NCBI GenBank assembly: GCA_030037395.1
Contig: JASHRJ010000099.1
Coordinates: 1 to 58,679, forward strand
Source of the DNA: Thermoplasmata archaeon
Lineage (GTDB): Archaea > Thermoplasmatota > Thermoplasmata > Lutacidiplasmatales > UBA184
Length of the DNA stretch: 58,679 bases
Direction: 5' to 3'
Shown here: piece by piece, positions 10,255 to 18,064 of the stretch
How positions within the stretch are numbered: the first letter of the stretch is position 1
How the letters are laid out: each line of letters starts with the position of its first letter
The notes under the pieces: model-generated
Database searches by the model: none
The model's input: only the letters and a program-made list of their open reading frames with translations
What the model was told of the DNA's origin: nothing
Position numbers and translations under genes: made by a program

Positions 10255-10261
10255 TAATTTT
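10255..10261 (+). promoter_or_regulatory. TATA-like box upstream of ssb (implies a leader of about 58 nt)
   Basis: TAATTTT, centred about 29 nt upstream of position 10287 and 86 nt upstream of the ssb ATG. The stretch 10287-10343 has low GC3 (about half), unlike coding sequence here, so it is taken as a 5' UTR. Confidence 0.3.
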
Positions 10262-10343
10262 GCGACGAGTGTTCGCACGAGCCGCGGTGGCTCGACGATT
10301 CCGAGAGACAGAACGCGAAACGCGAACGAGGCGACAAGAGACC

Positions 10344-10844
10344 ATGGTGGACAAACCCCTGACGAAAGTGCGAGACCTGACGCCGAACTCGAAGCAAGTG
10401 AACGTGCTCGCCAAGGTGCTGAGCATCGGAGAGCCGAAGGAAGTGATGGGGAAGTTCGGCGACCCACGGAAGGTGTGCGAGGCCGTGGTCGGCGACGACA
10501 CGGCAACGATCACCCTCTCCCTCTGGAACGAGCAGATCGGCTCGATCACCAAGGACGAGGTGGTCCTCATCGACAACGGCTACGTGTCGCTCGTGCGCGG
10601 CCACATGCGCCTGAACGTCGGCCGATACGGCAACCTGTCGAAGTCGACGGAGGCGATCGGCGAGATCAACCAGTCGCTCGACATGAGCCAGCAGGAGTTC
10701 GAGAGCGAGCGCCGCTCGTTCGGCGGCGGCGGCGGCTACCGTGACCGGGGCGGAGGCTACGGCGGCGGCGGCGGCCGGTACGGCGGTGGCGGCGGCGGAG
10801 GCGGCCAGGGCCGCGACCGCTCCGACACCTACAAGCGGTACTAG
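10344..10844 (+). CDS. ssb: Single-OB-fold ssDNA-binding protein with Gly/Arg-rich C-terminal tail (crenarchaeal/Thermoplasma-type SSB)
   Basis: 166 aa. MVDKPLTKVRDLTPNSKQVNVLAKVL...VVGDDTATITLSLWNEQ... matches the layout of single-OB archaeal SSBs as I remember them. The tail is GGGGGYRDRGGGYGGGGGRYGGGGGGGGQGRDR. Confidence 0.85.
   Translation: MVDKPLTKVRDLTPNSKQVNVLAKVLSIGEPKEVMGKFGDPRKVCEAVVGDDTATITLSLWNEQIGSITKDEVVLIDNGYVSLVRGHMRLNVGRYGNLSKSTEAIGEINQSLDMSQQEFESERRSFGGGGGYRDRGGGYGGGGGRYGGGGGGGGQGRDRSDTYKRY
10721..10809 (+). repeat. GGC/GGY triplet low-complexity tract (encodes the SSB RGG/Gly tail)
   Basis: Runs of ggcggcggcggc interrupted by tac/cgg codons, inside ssb. Confidence 0.8.
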
Positions 10845-10933
10845 GCGTCGGCGCGCCGGGACCGACGGACCGCCGGACCTCCGGGGCGGCGAACCCCTTC
10901 CTTCCCCGCCGACCGCACGTGGGGGCGGTCCCC

Positions 10934-10939
10934 TAAATA
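10934..10939 (+). promoter_or_regulatory. TATA-like box upstream of the 10966 gene
   Basis: TAAATA sits inside the near-hairpin CCCCTAAATAGGGG. Its centre is about 30 nt upstream of the ATG at 10966. Confidence 0.35.
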
Positions 10940-10965
10940 GGGGAGACCGCTCGACACGGACGACG

Positions 10966-11655
10966 ATGGCCGGCGAGGTCCGCGAGCTCACCCTCTACAT
11001 CCAATCCAAGAAGGCGGTCACGACGTTCTACCAGCGGCCGCTGGTCGCCCCGAGCGTGGCGGGCGGCTTCGGCGCCGCGACGACCACGCGGGTCGGCGGG
11101 GCCCCCTCCGTTGCGGGCGACGCGGCCGCCACGAGCGAGGATCGGCCGGTGTACTTCCTCTCCGACGACCAATCCCGCGCGATGGCCCTTACCGAGGAGC
11201 TGGCCAAGCGCCGGGGCTACCGGCTCAAAATCGTCGACGTCGAGAAGGCGGGGCGCCTCGAGCGGCTCGTCACCGAGCACCTCCGGGGAGTCCAGACCTT
11301 GCCGGTGCTGGTCGGGACCGCCGACCTGCGGCTGGTCGGCTGCGAACAGTTCACCGAGGAGAACATCGCGGCGCTGATGCCGACGGAGCTCCAGAGCGTC
11401 CGGGCCCTCTCCTACCTCAAGGTGCACGGGGGCGACCTCGATCGGATCCGGCGGCTCCTCGAGGGGTTCCCCGAGGTGAAGGAGCTTCACTTCCTGACCG
11501 GCGACTGGGACATCCTCGTGGTCCTCGAGTTCCCGCCGACCACGACGAACAAGCGCCGGGTCCTTGACTTCGTGACCGAGCGGATCCGTGGGATCCCCGA
11601 GATCCTCGACACCTCGACCCTCGTGCCCGAGTACTCGGTCACGAAGTTCCCGTAG
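10966..11655 (+). CDS. Fusion protein: glutaredoxin/thioredoxin-like fold (no CxxC) plus Lrp/AsnC-type ligand-binding (RAM) domain, no HTH
   Basis: 229 aa from the ATG at 10966. The middle part (PVYFLSDDQSRAMALTEELAKRRGYRLKIVDVEK...LPVLV) looks glutaredoxin-like but has no cysteines. The C-terminus (LSYLKVHGGDLDRIRRLLEGFPEVKELHFLTGDWDILVVLEF) is typical of the AsnC ligand-binding domain. Confidence 0.75.
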   Translation: MAGEVRELTLYIQSKKAVTTFYQRPLVAPSVAGGFGAATTTRVGGAPSVAGDAAATSEDRPVYFLSDDQSRAMALTEELAKRRGYRLKIVDVEKAGRLERLVTEHLRGVQTLPVLVGTADLRLVGCEQFTEENIAALMPTELQSVRALSYLKVHGGDLDRIRRLLEGFPEVKELHFLTGDWDILVVLEFPPTTTNKRRVLDFVTERIRGIPEILDTSTLVPEYSVTKFP

Positions 11656-11658
11656 GCC

Positions 11659-14600
11659 TCAGCGACGGGAGGCGCCCCGCCCCCGCCGGCGCCGCGGCAC
11701 CACCGGGATCCGCGGCGGTGTCGCCGGCGCGACCGCGCCGGGTTCGGGGCTCCCGTAGAGGGGTTCCACCGTCAACGGGTGCTCCTCCAGCCAGGCGACC
11801 CCCTCCACGTACGCGGAGAACGTCTCGAGGCTCGTGAACAGCGGGACGCCGAGCTCGACCGCCCGACGGCGCAGGACGTAGTCGTCCTCGAGCATCCGCT
11901 CGAACTTCTCCTGCGTGAGCGACGCCGGGACGTTGAGCAGCAGGTCGATCTCGCCCCGGTCGAGCGCCTCCGTCACGTTCGGGTGACGTTCCGGCTCCGA
12001 TACCTTGTGGAGGATCCGGACGCGGCGCATGCCGTGCGACCGCAGGAACGCCCCGGTGTCCTCGGTCGCGGCGAGCCGGAGCCCGAGCCCGCGGAGCCGA
12101 CGGGCGATCGGCACGAGCGCCTCCTTGAGCGTCGGGCCCCCCACGGACAGGAACGCCGTCCCGCGCCGAGGGACGAGCCGGACCCCGGTAGCGACCAGCG
12201 CCTTGACGAGGGCGTCCGAGAACGTCGGTCCGAAGCAGGCGACCTCGCCGGTCGACTGCATCTCGACCCCGAGCAGGGGGTCGGAGCCGGTCAGCTGCAG
12301 GAACGAGAACTGGGGAACCTTGACGCCGAAGCGGCCGTCCGGCAGCGGCGCGATCCCGTCCCGGGAGAGGGGCCGGCCGAGGAGCGCCCGGGCGGCCTCG
12401 CGGAGCAACGGGAGCCCGGTCGCCTTCGCGAGGAACGGCAGCGAGCGGCTGGCCCGAAGGTTGAGCTCGATGATCTGGTAGGCCCGGTCCTTGACCAGGA
12501 ACTGGACGTTGAACGGCCCTCGGATCTTGAGGGTCCGGGCGAGACAGCGCGCGGCGGCGACCAGGTCGTCCTGGACCGCCGCGGGGGTGTGGCGGGGAGG
12601 CAGGCAGAAGATCGCGTCCCCCGAGTGGACCCCCGCGCGCTCAACGTGCTCCAGGATCCCGGCGACGAGGACCCGTCGCCCGTCGGAGATCGCGTCCAGC
12701 TCCACCTCGTCGGCCCCCTCCACGAACTTCGTGATCACCACCGGGTGCTCGGGGGAGACGCGGGCCGCCTCCGACAGGAACCGGCCGAGGTCGGCTCGGC
12801 CGCTAATGACCCGCATCGCTTGGCCGCTGAGGACGTACGACGGCCGCACGAGGACCGGGTAGCCTACCTCGTCCGCGAAGGCGCTCGCCTCCTCGACCGT
12901 CGTGAACGCCCGCCAGGCGGGCTGGGGGATCCCGAGCTGCTGGAGGAGGCCGGCAAACTGCGCCCGGTCCTCCGCGGCGTCGATCGAGGCCGGCGCCGTC
13001 CCGAGCACCGGGATGCCGCACATCGCGAGCAGCGGGGTCAGGTTCTGGGCGAGCTGGCTGCCGACGCAGGTGACCACCCCGCGGAACCGCTCGAAGTCGT
13101 GGAGGTCCCGGAGCCGCTCGAGGGTGATCTCCTCGAAGTAGAGGCGGTCCGAGCGGTCGTAGTCGGTGGAAACGGTCTCCGGGTTCGAGTTGAGCAGCGC
13201 AACGCCGCCGAGCCCCTCGGCCTTGAGCCCGTCGACGAGGTTCATCGTAGACCAGTCGAACTCGACGCTGGAGCCGATCCGGTACGGGCCGGCGCCGATG
13301 ACCAACGCCGAGCCCCGGGGCATCGGGCGGACGTCATCGGCGTCCGCCCGGTACGTGAGGTAGAGGTAGTTCGTCCGCGACGGCCACTCGCCGGCGAGCG
13401 TGTCGATCATGCGAACCCGCGGCCGGATCCCGGCCCCGAGGCGACGTCGGCGCACCTCCTCCTCGTCCAACCGGGCCGCCCGACCGATCGCGCGATCGGA
13501 GAGGCCGAGCTCCTTGGCCCGCCGTAGCAGATCCGGCGGGAGCTCGCCCCCCGGTACCGCGCCGAGCGCCCGGTGGGTCGCCTCGATCTCGGCGAGCGCG
13601 TCGACGAACCAGCGGTCGATGTAGGAGACGTCGGAGATCCGCTCCGGGGAGAGGCCGGCACGAAGCCCCTCCAGGACATGGCCCAGCACCGCGGGGGTCG
13701 GGGCCGAGAGGTCCGCCACGATCGCCTCGGGGGAGCGGATCTCGGCCGGCGGCAGGAGGTCGACCCGGGGGTCGGCCATCCGGTACGCCTTCGAGACCGC
13801 CTCGGGGAACGACGCGCCGATCCCCATCGCTTCGCCGACGGACTTCATCGACGGCCCGAGCCGGGGGTCGGCCCGCGCGAACTTCTCGAGGTCCCACCGG
13901 GGCAGCTTGACGACCACGTAGTCGAGCGACGGCTCGAAGCAGGCGGTCGTCACGCCCGTGACCCGGTTCTTGAGCTCGGGGAGCGTGTAGCCGAGCGCGA
14001 GCTTCGCCGCGACGTAGGCGAGCGGGTAGCCGGTCGCCTTGCTCGCGAGCGCGCTCGAGCGCGACAGGCGCGCGTTGATCTCGATCGCGTAGTACTCTTC
14101 GCTCTTCGGGTCCAGGCAGAACTGAATATTGCACTCGCCGACGATCCCGACCTCGGCCACGGCCCGCAGCGCGGCCTGGCGCAGCATCTGGTACTCGCGG
14201 TCGGTGAGCGTCTGGCTCGGCGCGATCACGATGTTGTCCCCCGTGTGCACGCGCATCGCGAGGACGTTCTCCATGTTGCAGACGGTGAGGGCGTTCCCCC
14301 GGCCGTCCCGGACGACCTCGTACTCGATCTGCTTGAACGAGCCGACGTACCGTTCCAGGAGGACCTGGCGCACCGGGCTGGCCCGCAGGCCCCGCCGGAC
14401 CACCTCCCGGAGCTCGGCAGGATCGCGGGCGACGCCGCCGCCTTTGCCGCCCAGCGTGAAGGCGACCCGCACGATCAGCGGAAAGCCGATCTCTTGCGCG
14501 GCCTGCTCGGACTCCTCGAGGGTGCGGACGGCCCGGCTCGGGAGCGTCGGGACCCGCGCCCGCGCCATGGCGCGTACGAACTTCTGGCGGTCCTCGGTCG

Positions 14601-14970
14601 CGCGGATGCCCCACAGCGGGGTGCCGAGGACCTTGGTGTCGGCCTGGGCCAGCACGCCGAGGTCGCTCAGCTGGACGCCGCAGTTCAGCGCGGTCTGGCC
14701 CCCGAAGGACAGCAGCAGCCCGTCCGGGCGCTCCTCGCGGAGGATCGGGGCGACGAACTCGGGAACGAGCGGCTGGAAGTAGACCTTCCCGCAGCGGGGG
14801 GGGTCGGTCTGGAGGGTCGCGATGTTCGGGTTGACGACGATCGCGTAGACCCCGTCCTCCTCGAGCGCCTTCAGGCACTGGCTCCCCGAGTAGTCGAACT
14901 CCCCGGCCTCGCCGATCTTCAACGCCCCGCTCCCAAGGAGGACGACCTTGCGCGGCAGCTCCGGCGTCAT
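11659..14970 (-). CDS. carB: Carbamoyl-phosphate synthase large subunit
   Basis: 1103 aa from the ATG at 14970 (MTPELPRKVVLLGSGALKIGEAGEFDYSGSQ). It has two ATP-grasp halves and an MGS-like C-terminus. The ATG overlaps the carA stop (ATGA). Confidence 0.97.
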   Translation of the reverse strand: MTPELPRKVVLLGSGALKIGEAGEFDYSGSQCLKALEEDGVYAIVVNPNIATLQTDPPRCGKVYFQPLVPEFVAPILREERPDGLLLSFGGQTALNCGVQLSDLGVLAQADTKVLGTPLWGIRATEDRQKFVRAMARARVPTLPSRAVRTLEESEQAAQEIGFPLIVRVAFTLGGKGGGVARDPAELREVVRRGLRASPVRQVLLERYVGSFKQIEYEVVRDGRGNALTVCNMENVLAMRVHTGDNIVIAPSQTLTDREYQMLRQAALRAVAEVGIVGECNIQFCLDPKSEEYYAIEINARLSRSSALASKATGYPLAYVAAKLALGYTLPELKNRVTGVTTACFEPSLDYVVVKLPRWDLEKFARADPRLGPSMKSVGEAMGIGASFPEAVSKAYRMADPRVDLLPPAEIRSPEAIVADLSAPTPAVLGHVLEGLRAGLSPERISDVSYIDRWFVDALAEIEATHRALGAVPGGELPPDLLRRAKELGLSDRAIGRAARLDEEEVRRRRLGAGIRPRVRMIDTLAGEWPSRTNYLYLTYRADADDVRPMPRGSALVIGAGPYRIGSSVEFDWSTMNLVDGLKAEGLGGVALLNSNPETVSTDYDRSDRLYFEEITLERLRDLHDFERFRGVVTCVGSQLAQNLTPLLAMCGIPVLGTAPASIDAAEDRAQFAGLLQQLGIPQPAWRAFTTVEEASAFADEVGYPVLVRPSYVLSGQAMRVISGRADLGRFLSEAARVSPEHPVVITKFVEGADEVELDAISDGRRVLVAGILEHVERAGVHSGDAIFCLPPRHTPAAVQDDLVAAARCLARTLKIRGPFNVQFLVKDRAYQIIELNLRASRSLPFLAKATGLPLLREAARALLGRPLSRDGIAPLPDGRFGVKVPQFSFLQLTGSDPLLGVEMQSTGEVACFGPTFSDALVKALVATGVRLVPRRGTAFLSVGGPTLKEALVPIARRLRGLGLRLAATEDTGAFLRSHGMRRVRILHKVSEPERHPNVTEALDRGEIDLLLNVPASLTQEKFERMLEDDYVLRRRAVELGVPLFTSLETFSAYVEGVAWLEEHPLTVEPLYGSPEPGAVAPATPPRIPVVPRRRRGRGASRR

Positions 14971-16154
14971 GCCCGGCGCCTCACCTTGCGGACGAACTCG
15001 TCGAAGACGAAGCCGGCCTCCTGCGGACCGGGGTGCCCTTCCGGATGGCCCTGGAGCGCCAGCAGCCGGCCGAGGTCGTCGCGGACCCCCTCCAGCGTGC
15101 CGTCGTCCGGGTTCGTCGCCCACGCGCGGAGGCCGCTCGCGGCGAGCGAGGCCGGGTCGACGGCGTAACCGTGGTTCTCGCTGACGATGAACGCCCGCCC
15201 GTCCTCGAGGCAGATCGTCTTGTTCTGCCCGCGATGGCCGTACTTCAGCTTGAACGTCCGACTCCCCCGCGCCAGGGCGAGGAGCTGGTGGCCGAGGCAG
15301 ATCCCGAGGGTCGGGAGCGACCGGGTCGAGGGGCGTCCCAACTCTTCGATCGTCGCGGAGAGCCTGGCCGGGTCCCCCGGCCCGTTGCCGACGACGAGGC
15401 CGGCGACCCGCCGGCCCTGCCACGAGGTCGGGACCTCGTGCCCGGGCGGCAGCCGCAGGACGCCGGCCCCCCGATCGAGCAGGGCGCGGACGATGCTCGT
15501 CTTCGTGCCGCAGTCGAGCAGGGCGACCAAAGGCCCGCCGTTCCGAGGGAGCAGCGTCGGCTCCTTCGGCGCCACCTGGCCAACGAGGTCCTCGTCACCG
15601 TAGCGCGGCGCGCGGCGCAGCGCGGCGGCGAGCTCGTCGTCCGACGCGCGGCGTTCGCCGGCCGGCACGTCGACGATGCCGCGCAGCACGCCGTGGGTCC
15701 GCAGGTGCTGGGTGAGGCGGCGCGTGTCGATGCCGACGATCCCCGGGACCCCCTCGTCGTGCAACCATCGATCGAGGGTCCGGTCCATCGCCCAGTGGTG
15801 GGGACGGGTGGTGCCCCGCACGACGACGCCGCGGACCTGGAGTCCCTCGCTCTCGAGGAGCGCGAGCCCGTCCGGGCCGCGCTCGCCGCGGGGAGGGACC
15901 CCGTAGTTCCCGAGGAGCGGGTAGGTGAAGACCAGGATCTGGCCACGGAACGACGGGTCGGTCAGCGACTCGGGGTATCCGACCATGCCGGTGGTGAAGA
16001 CGACCTCGCCGGCGCGGCGGCCGGGCGCCCCGAACCCCGCGCCGTCGAAGCGCGTGCCGTCCTCCAAATACAAGGTCCCCGCGCGGGAACGCTCGTCGGC
16101 GTCGGACGGCACGGGCCGGGGAACCCGAGGTGAGCGAGGCGGGGCCTTGACCAT
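14967..16154 (-). CDS. carA: Carbamoyl-phosphate synthase small (glutaminase) subunit
   Basis: 395 aa from the ATG at 16154 (MVKAPP...). Contains FTTGMVGYPESLTDPS and the GATase triad region GICLGHQLL. The longer ORF-track start (16295) would overlap the divergent gene. Confidence 0.93.
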   Translation of the reverse strand: MVKAPPRSPRVPRPVPSDADERSRAGTLYLEDGTRFDGAGFGAPGRRAGEVVFTTGMVGYPESLTDPSFRGQILVFTYPLLGNYGVPPRGERGPDGLALLESEGLQVRGVVVRGTTRPHHWAMDRTLDRWLHDEGVPGIVGIDTRRLTQHLRTHGVLRGIVDVPAGERRASDDELAAALRRAPRYGDEDLVGQVAPKEPTLLPRNGGPLVALLDCGTKTSIVRALLDRGAGVLRLPPGHEVPTSWQGRRVAGLVVGNGPGDPARLSATIEELGRPSTRSLPTLGICLGHQLLALARGSRTFKLKYGHRGQNKTICLEDGRAFIVSENHGYAVDPASLAASGLRAWATNPDDGTLEGVRDDLGRLLALQGHPEGHPGPQEAGFVFDEFVRKVRRRA

Positions 16155-16211
16155 AAGATTTGCCGTCGCAGCGCCGGCCGCGTCGGCCGCGGGGCGACGC
16201 TGAGCCCTCAA

Positions 16212-17231
16212 ATGCCGGCGCCCGATGCTCGCCGGGTGCCCGGCTTCCCCCGCCTGCGGGACGACTACGACCTCGTGATCGTCGGAGGTGGCCACGCCGG
16301 CCTGCAGGCGGCCGCGAAGGCGGCGCTCCTACGTCGCACGGTCGCGCTCATCGACCGGGGGCCGAAGTACTCGCGGTCGTACTATGCGCCGAAGATGGAC
16401 AACATCCCCGGGTTTCCCGAGGGGATCTCGGGCCACCGGCTGCTCGACCTCCAGGTCGACGCGGTCCGGCGGCTCTCCGCCTGGGTCGACTACTTCACGC
16501 CGGCGCGCGCCACCTCGGCGGAGGCATCGCCGCCGGGCTTCACGGTCCGCTTCGACTGGCTCAAGCAGTCGCTCGCGGCGCGGGCCCGGGTCTTGGTGCT
16601 CGCCATGGGCGTGATCGACCGCATCGTGGAGATCGGAGGGAAGATCGATCCCATCTTCCCCTGGGCGAACCAAGCGCTCGTCGACTTCTGCCTCGTCTGC
16701 GACGGGCACGAGCTCACGGACCGGACCATCGGGGTCATCGGCCACGACACGCTCGCCGCGCGGACCGCTCTCGACCTCTTCGAGTTCGCCCCGCGGTCGG
16801 TCGAGATCCTGACGCACGGTCGCCGCCCGGAGTTCGGAGGCAGCCCGGAAGAGCGGACGGCGCTCGCGACGGCGCTGGCCGAACGGCAGGTCGGGATCGT
16901 GGAGGCAGCGATCGCCGGGTTCGACGAGATCCGAGAGCACCGGTTCGGGGTGCGGTTTGCCGACGGCAGCCATCGCTCCTACGAACGCGGCTTCTCGGCC
17001 CTCGGCTGGTACGACATGCATCGAGGGTTCCCCGAGGGTCTCGGCTGCCGGTTTGATCCTGAGGGGTTCGTCGACGTCGACGCCGACAGCCGGGCGCTGG
17101 CCGCCGCCGACGGCCGGCCGATCCCCGGCCTCTACGTGGTCGGCGACCAGAAGAGCGGTTGGAACCAGATCCCCGAGGCGTGGGGATCCGCCGAGCGGGC
17201 GGTCCTCCACGCGTGGGCCGACTACCTGTGA
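16212..17231 (+). CDS. Thioredoxin-reductase-like flavoprotein (FAD motif and CxxC present, NAD(P)H motif degenerate)
   Basis: 339 aa. Contains the FAD motif DLVIVGGGHAGLQAA and the redox-centre-like CLVCDGHE. The position of the second GxGxxA motif reads VIGHDTLAA. Confidence 0.85.
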   Translation: MPAPDARRVPGFPRLRDDYDLVIVGGGHAGLQAAAKAALLRRTVALIDRGPKYSRSYYAPKMDNIPGFPEGISGHRLLDLQVDAVRRLSAWVDYFTPARATSAEASPPGFTVRFDWLKQSLAARARVLVLAMGVIDRIVEIGGKIDPIFPWANQALVDFCLVCDGHELTDRTIGVIGHDTLAARTALDLFEFAPRSVEILTHGRRPEFGGSPEERTALATALAERQVGIVEAAIAGFDEIREHRFGVRFADGSHRSYERGFSALGWYDMHRGFPEGLGCRFDPEGFVDVDADSRALAAADGRPIPGLYVVGDQKSGWNQIPEAWGSAERAVLHAWADYL

Positions 17232-17238
17232 GCCTCGG

Positions 17239-17982
17239 TCACGCCGAGGGGGCGGGCGGGGCGACGGCGAGAAACCTCGCCAGCTCGGGGAGGTCTCGGG
17301 CGATCGCGCCCGCGCCGGCCCCGCGGAACCGGTCGGCGGCCGCCGCCGGATCGTCGCGCTCGCTCGGATCGGGGAGCACGGCGTAGAACCGGACCCGCGC
17401 CGCGGTCGCGCACTCGGCGTCCAGGGGATGATCGCCCACGAACAGCGCGCGCCCGACGGGCACGCCCATCTCCCCGAGCAGGTGCAATAGCGCCTCGGGC
17501 GACGGCTTCGCCGGCCCTGGCGCGCTCCGCGACCGGAGGTAGGCGAAGTGGGTCGCCAGGCCCGCCTTGGTGAGCGCCGCCCGGGCGAACGCCTCGGAGG
17601 CCCGGGTGAGGACCCCCAGCCGGAACCCCCGGGCGCCCAGCCCGCGCAAGAGCTCTTCGGCGCCGGGGCGGGCGATGGTCCGGGGGAGCGCCTCGAGCTC
17701 GATCGCGTCGATCGCCTTCGGGTACTCTGCCTCGAAGCGCCAGAGCTCTCCGGGCAGGCCGTTGGAGGCCCGCATCGCCTCCCGGGCCTCCTCGACGATG
17801 CGGTGGACCGGCTCGCGGACCGACAGGCGACCCGGCGGCACGCCATGGCGCTCGGCGATCCGGACGACCTCGGCTCGGATCCGGCCGAAATCGTGGTGCG
17901 AGAGCACGAGGGTCCCGTCCAGATCGAACACGATGCCGAGCAGTGGCTCGAGGAACTTCGGCGCGGAGGTCGACGACGCCAT
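17239..17982 (-). CDS. HAD-superfamily hydrolase (phosphatase)
   Basis: 247 aa from the ATG at 17982. Contains HAD motif I FDLDGTLV, motif II LGVLT and motif IV-like VGDHPLD. Confidence 0.85.
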   Translation of the reverse strand: MASSTSAPKFLEPLLGIVFDLDGTLVLSHHDFGRIRAEVVRIAERHGVPPGRLSVREPVHRIVEEAREAMRASNGLPGELWRFEAEYPKAIDAIELEALPRTIARPGAEELLRGLGARGFRLGVLTRASEAFARAALTKAGLATHFAYLRSRSAPGPAKPSPEALLHLLGEMGVPVGRALFVGDHPLDAECATAARVRFYAVLPDPSERDDPAAAADRFRGAGAGAIARDLPELARFLAVAPPAPSA

Positions 17983-18064
17983 AGGGGGCCCCGCGCCGGG
18001 CGCTCCGGCCCGATTCCCGATAAGCGTTTGGTTGCAGGCGCGCCGGGCGAGCTGCCCCCGGCGG

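Noticed and set aside
10287-10343. A 19-codon N-terminal extension of SSB from the in-frame GTG at 10287
   Set aside because: GC3 of these codons is only about half, against near-saturated GC3 in real coding sequence here. The R/E/T-rich peptide has no counterpart in single-OB SSBs as I recall them. It is treated as a 5' UTR instead (see finding).
14967-16295. The 442-aa carA starting at 16295
   Set aside because: The extra 47 codons overlap the divergent TrxR-like gene and its start region. The conserved CarA N-terminus begins soon after the ATG at 16154.
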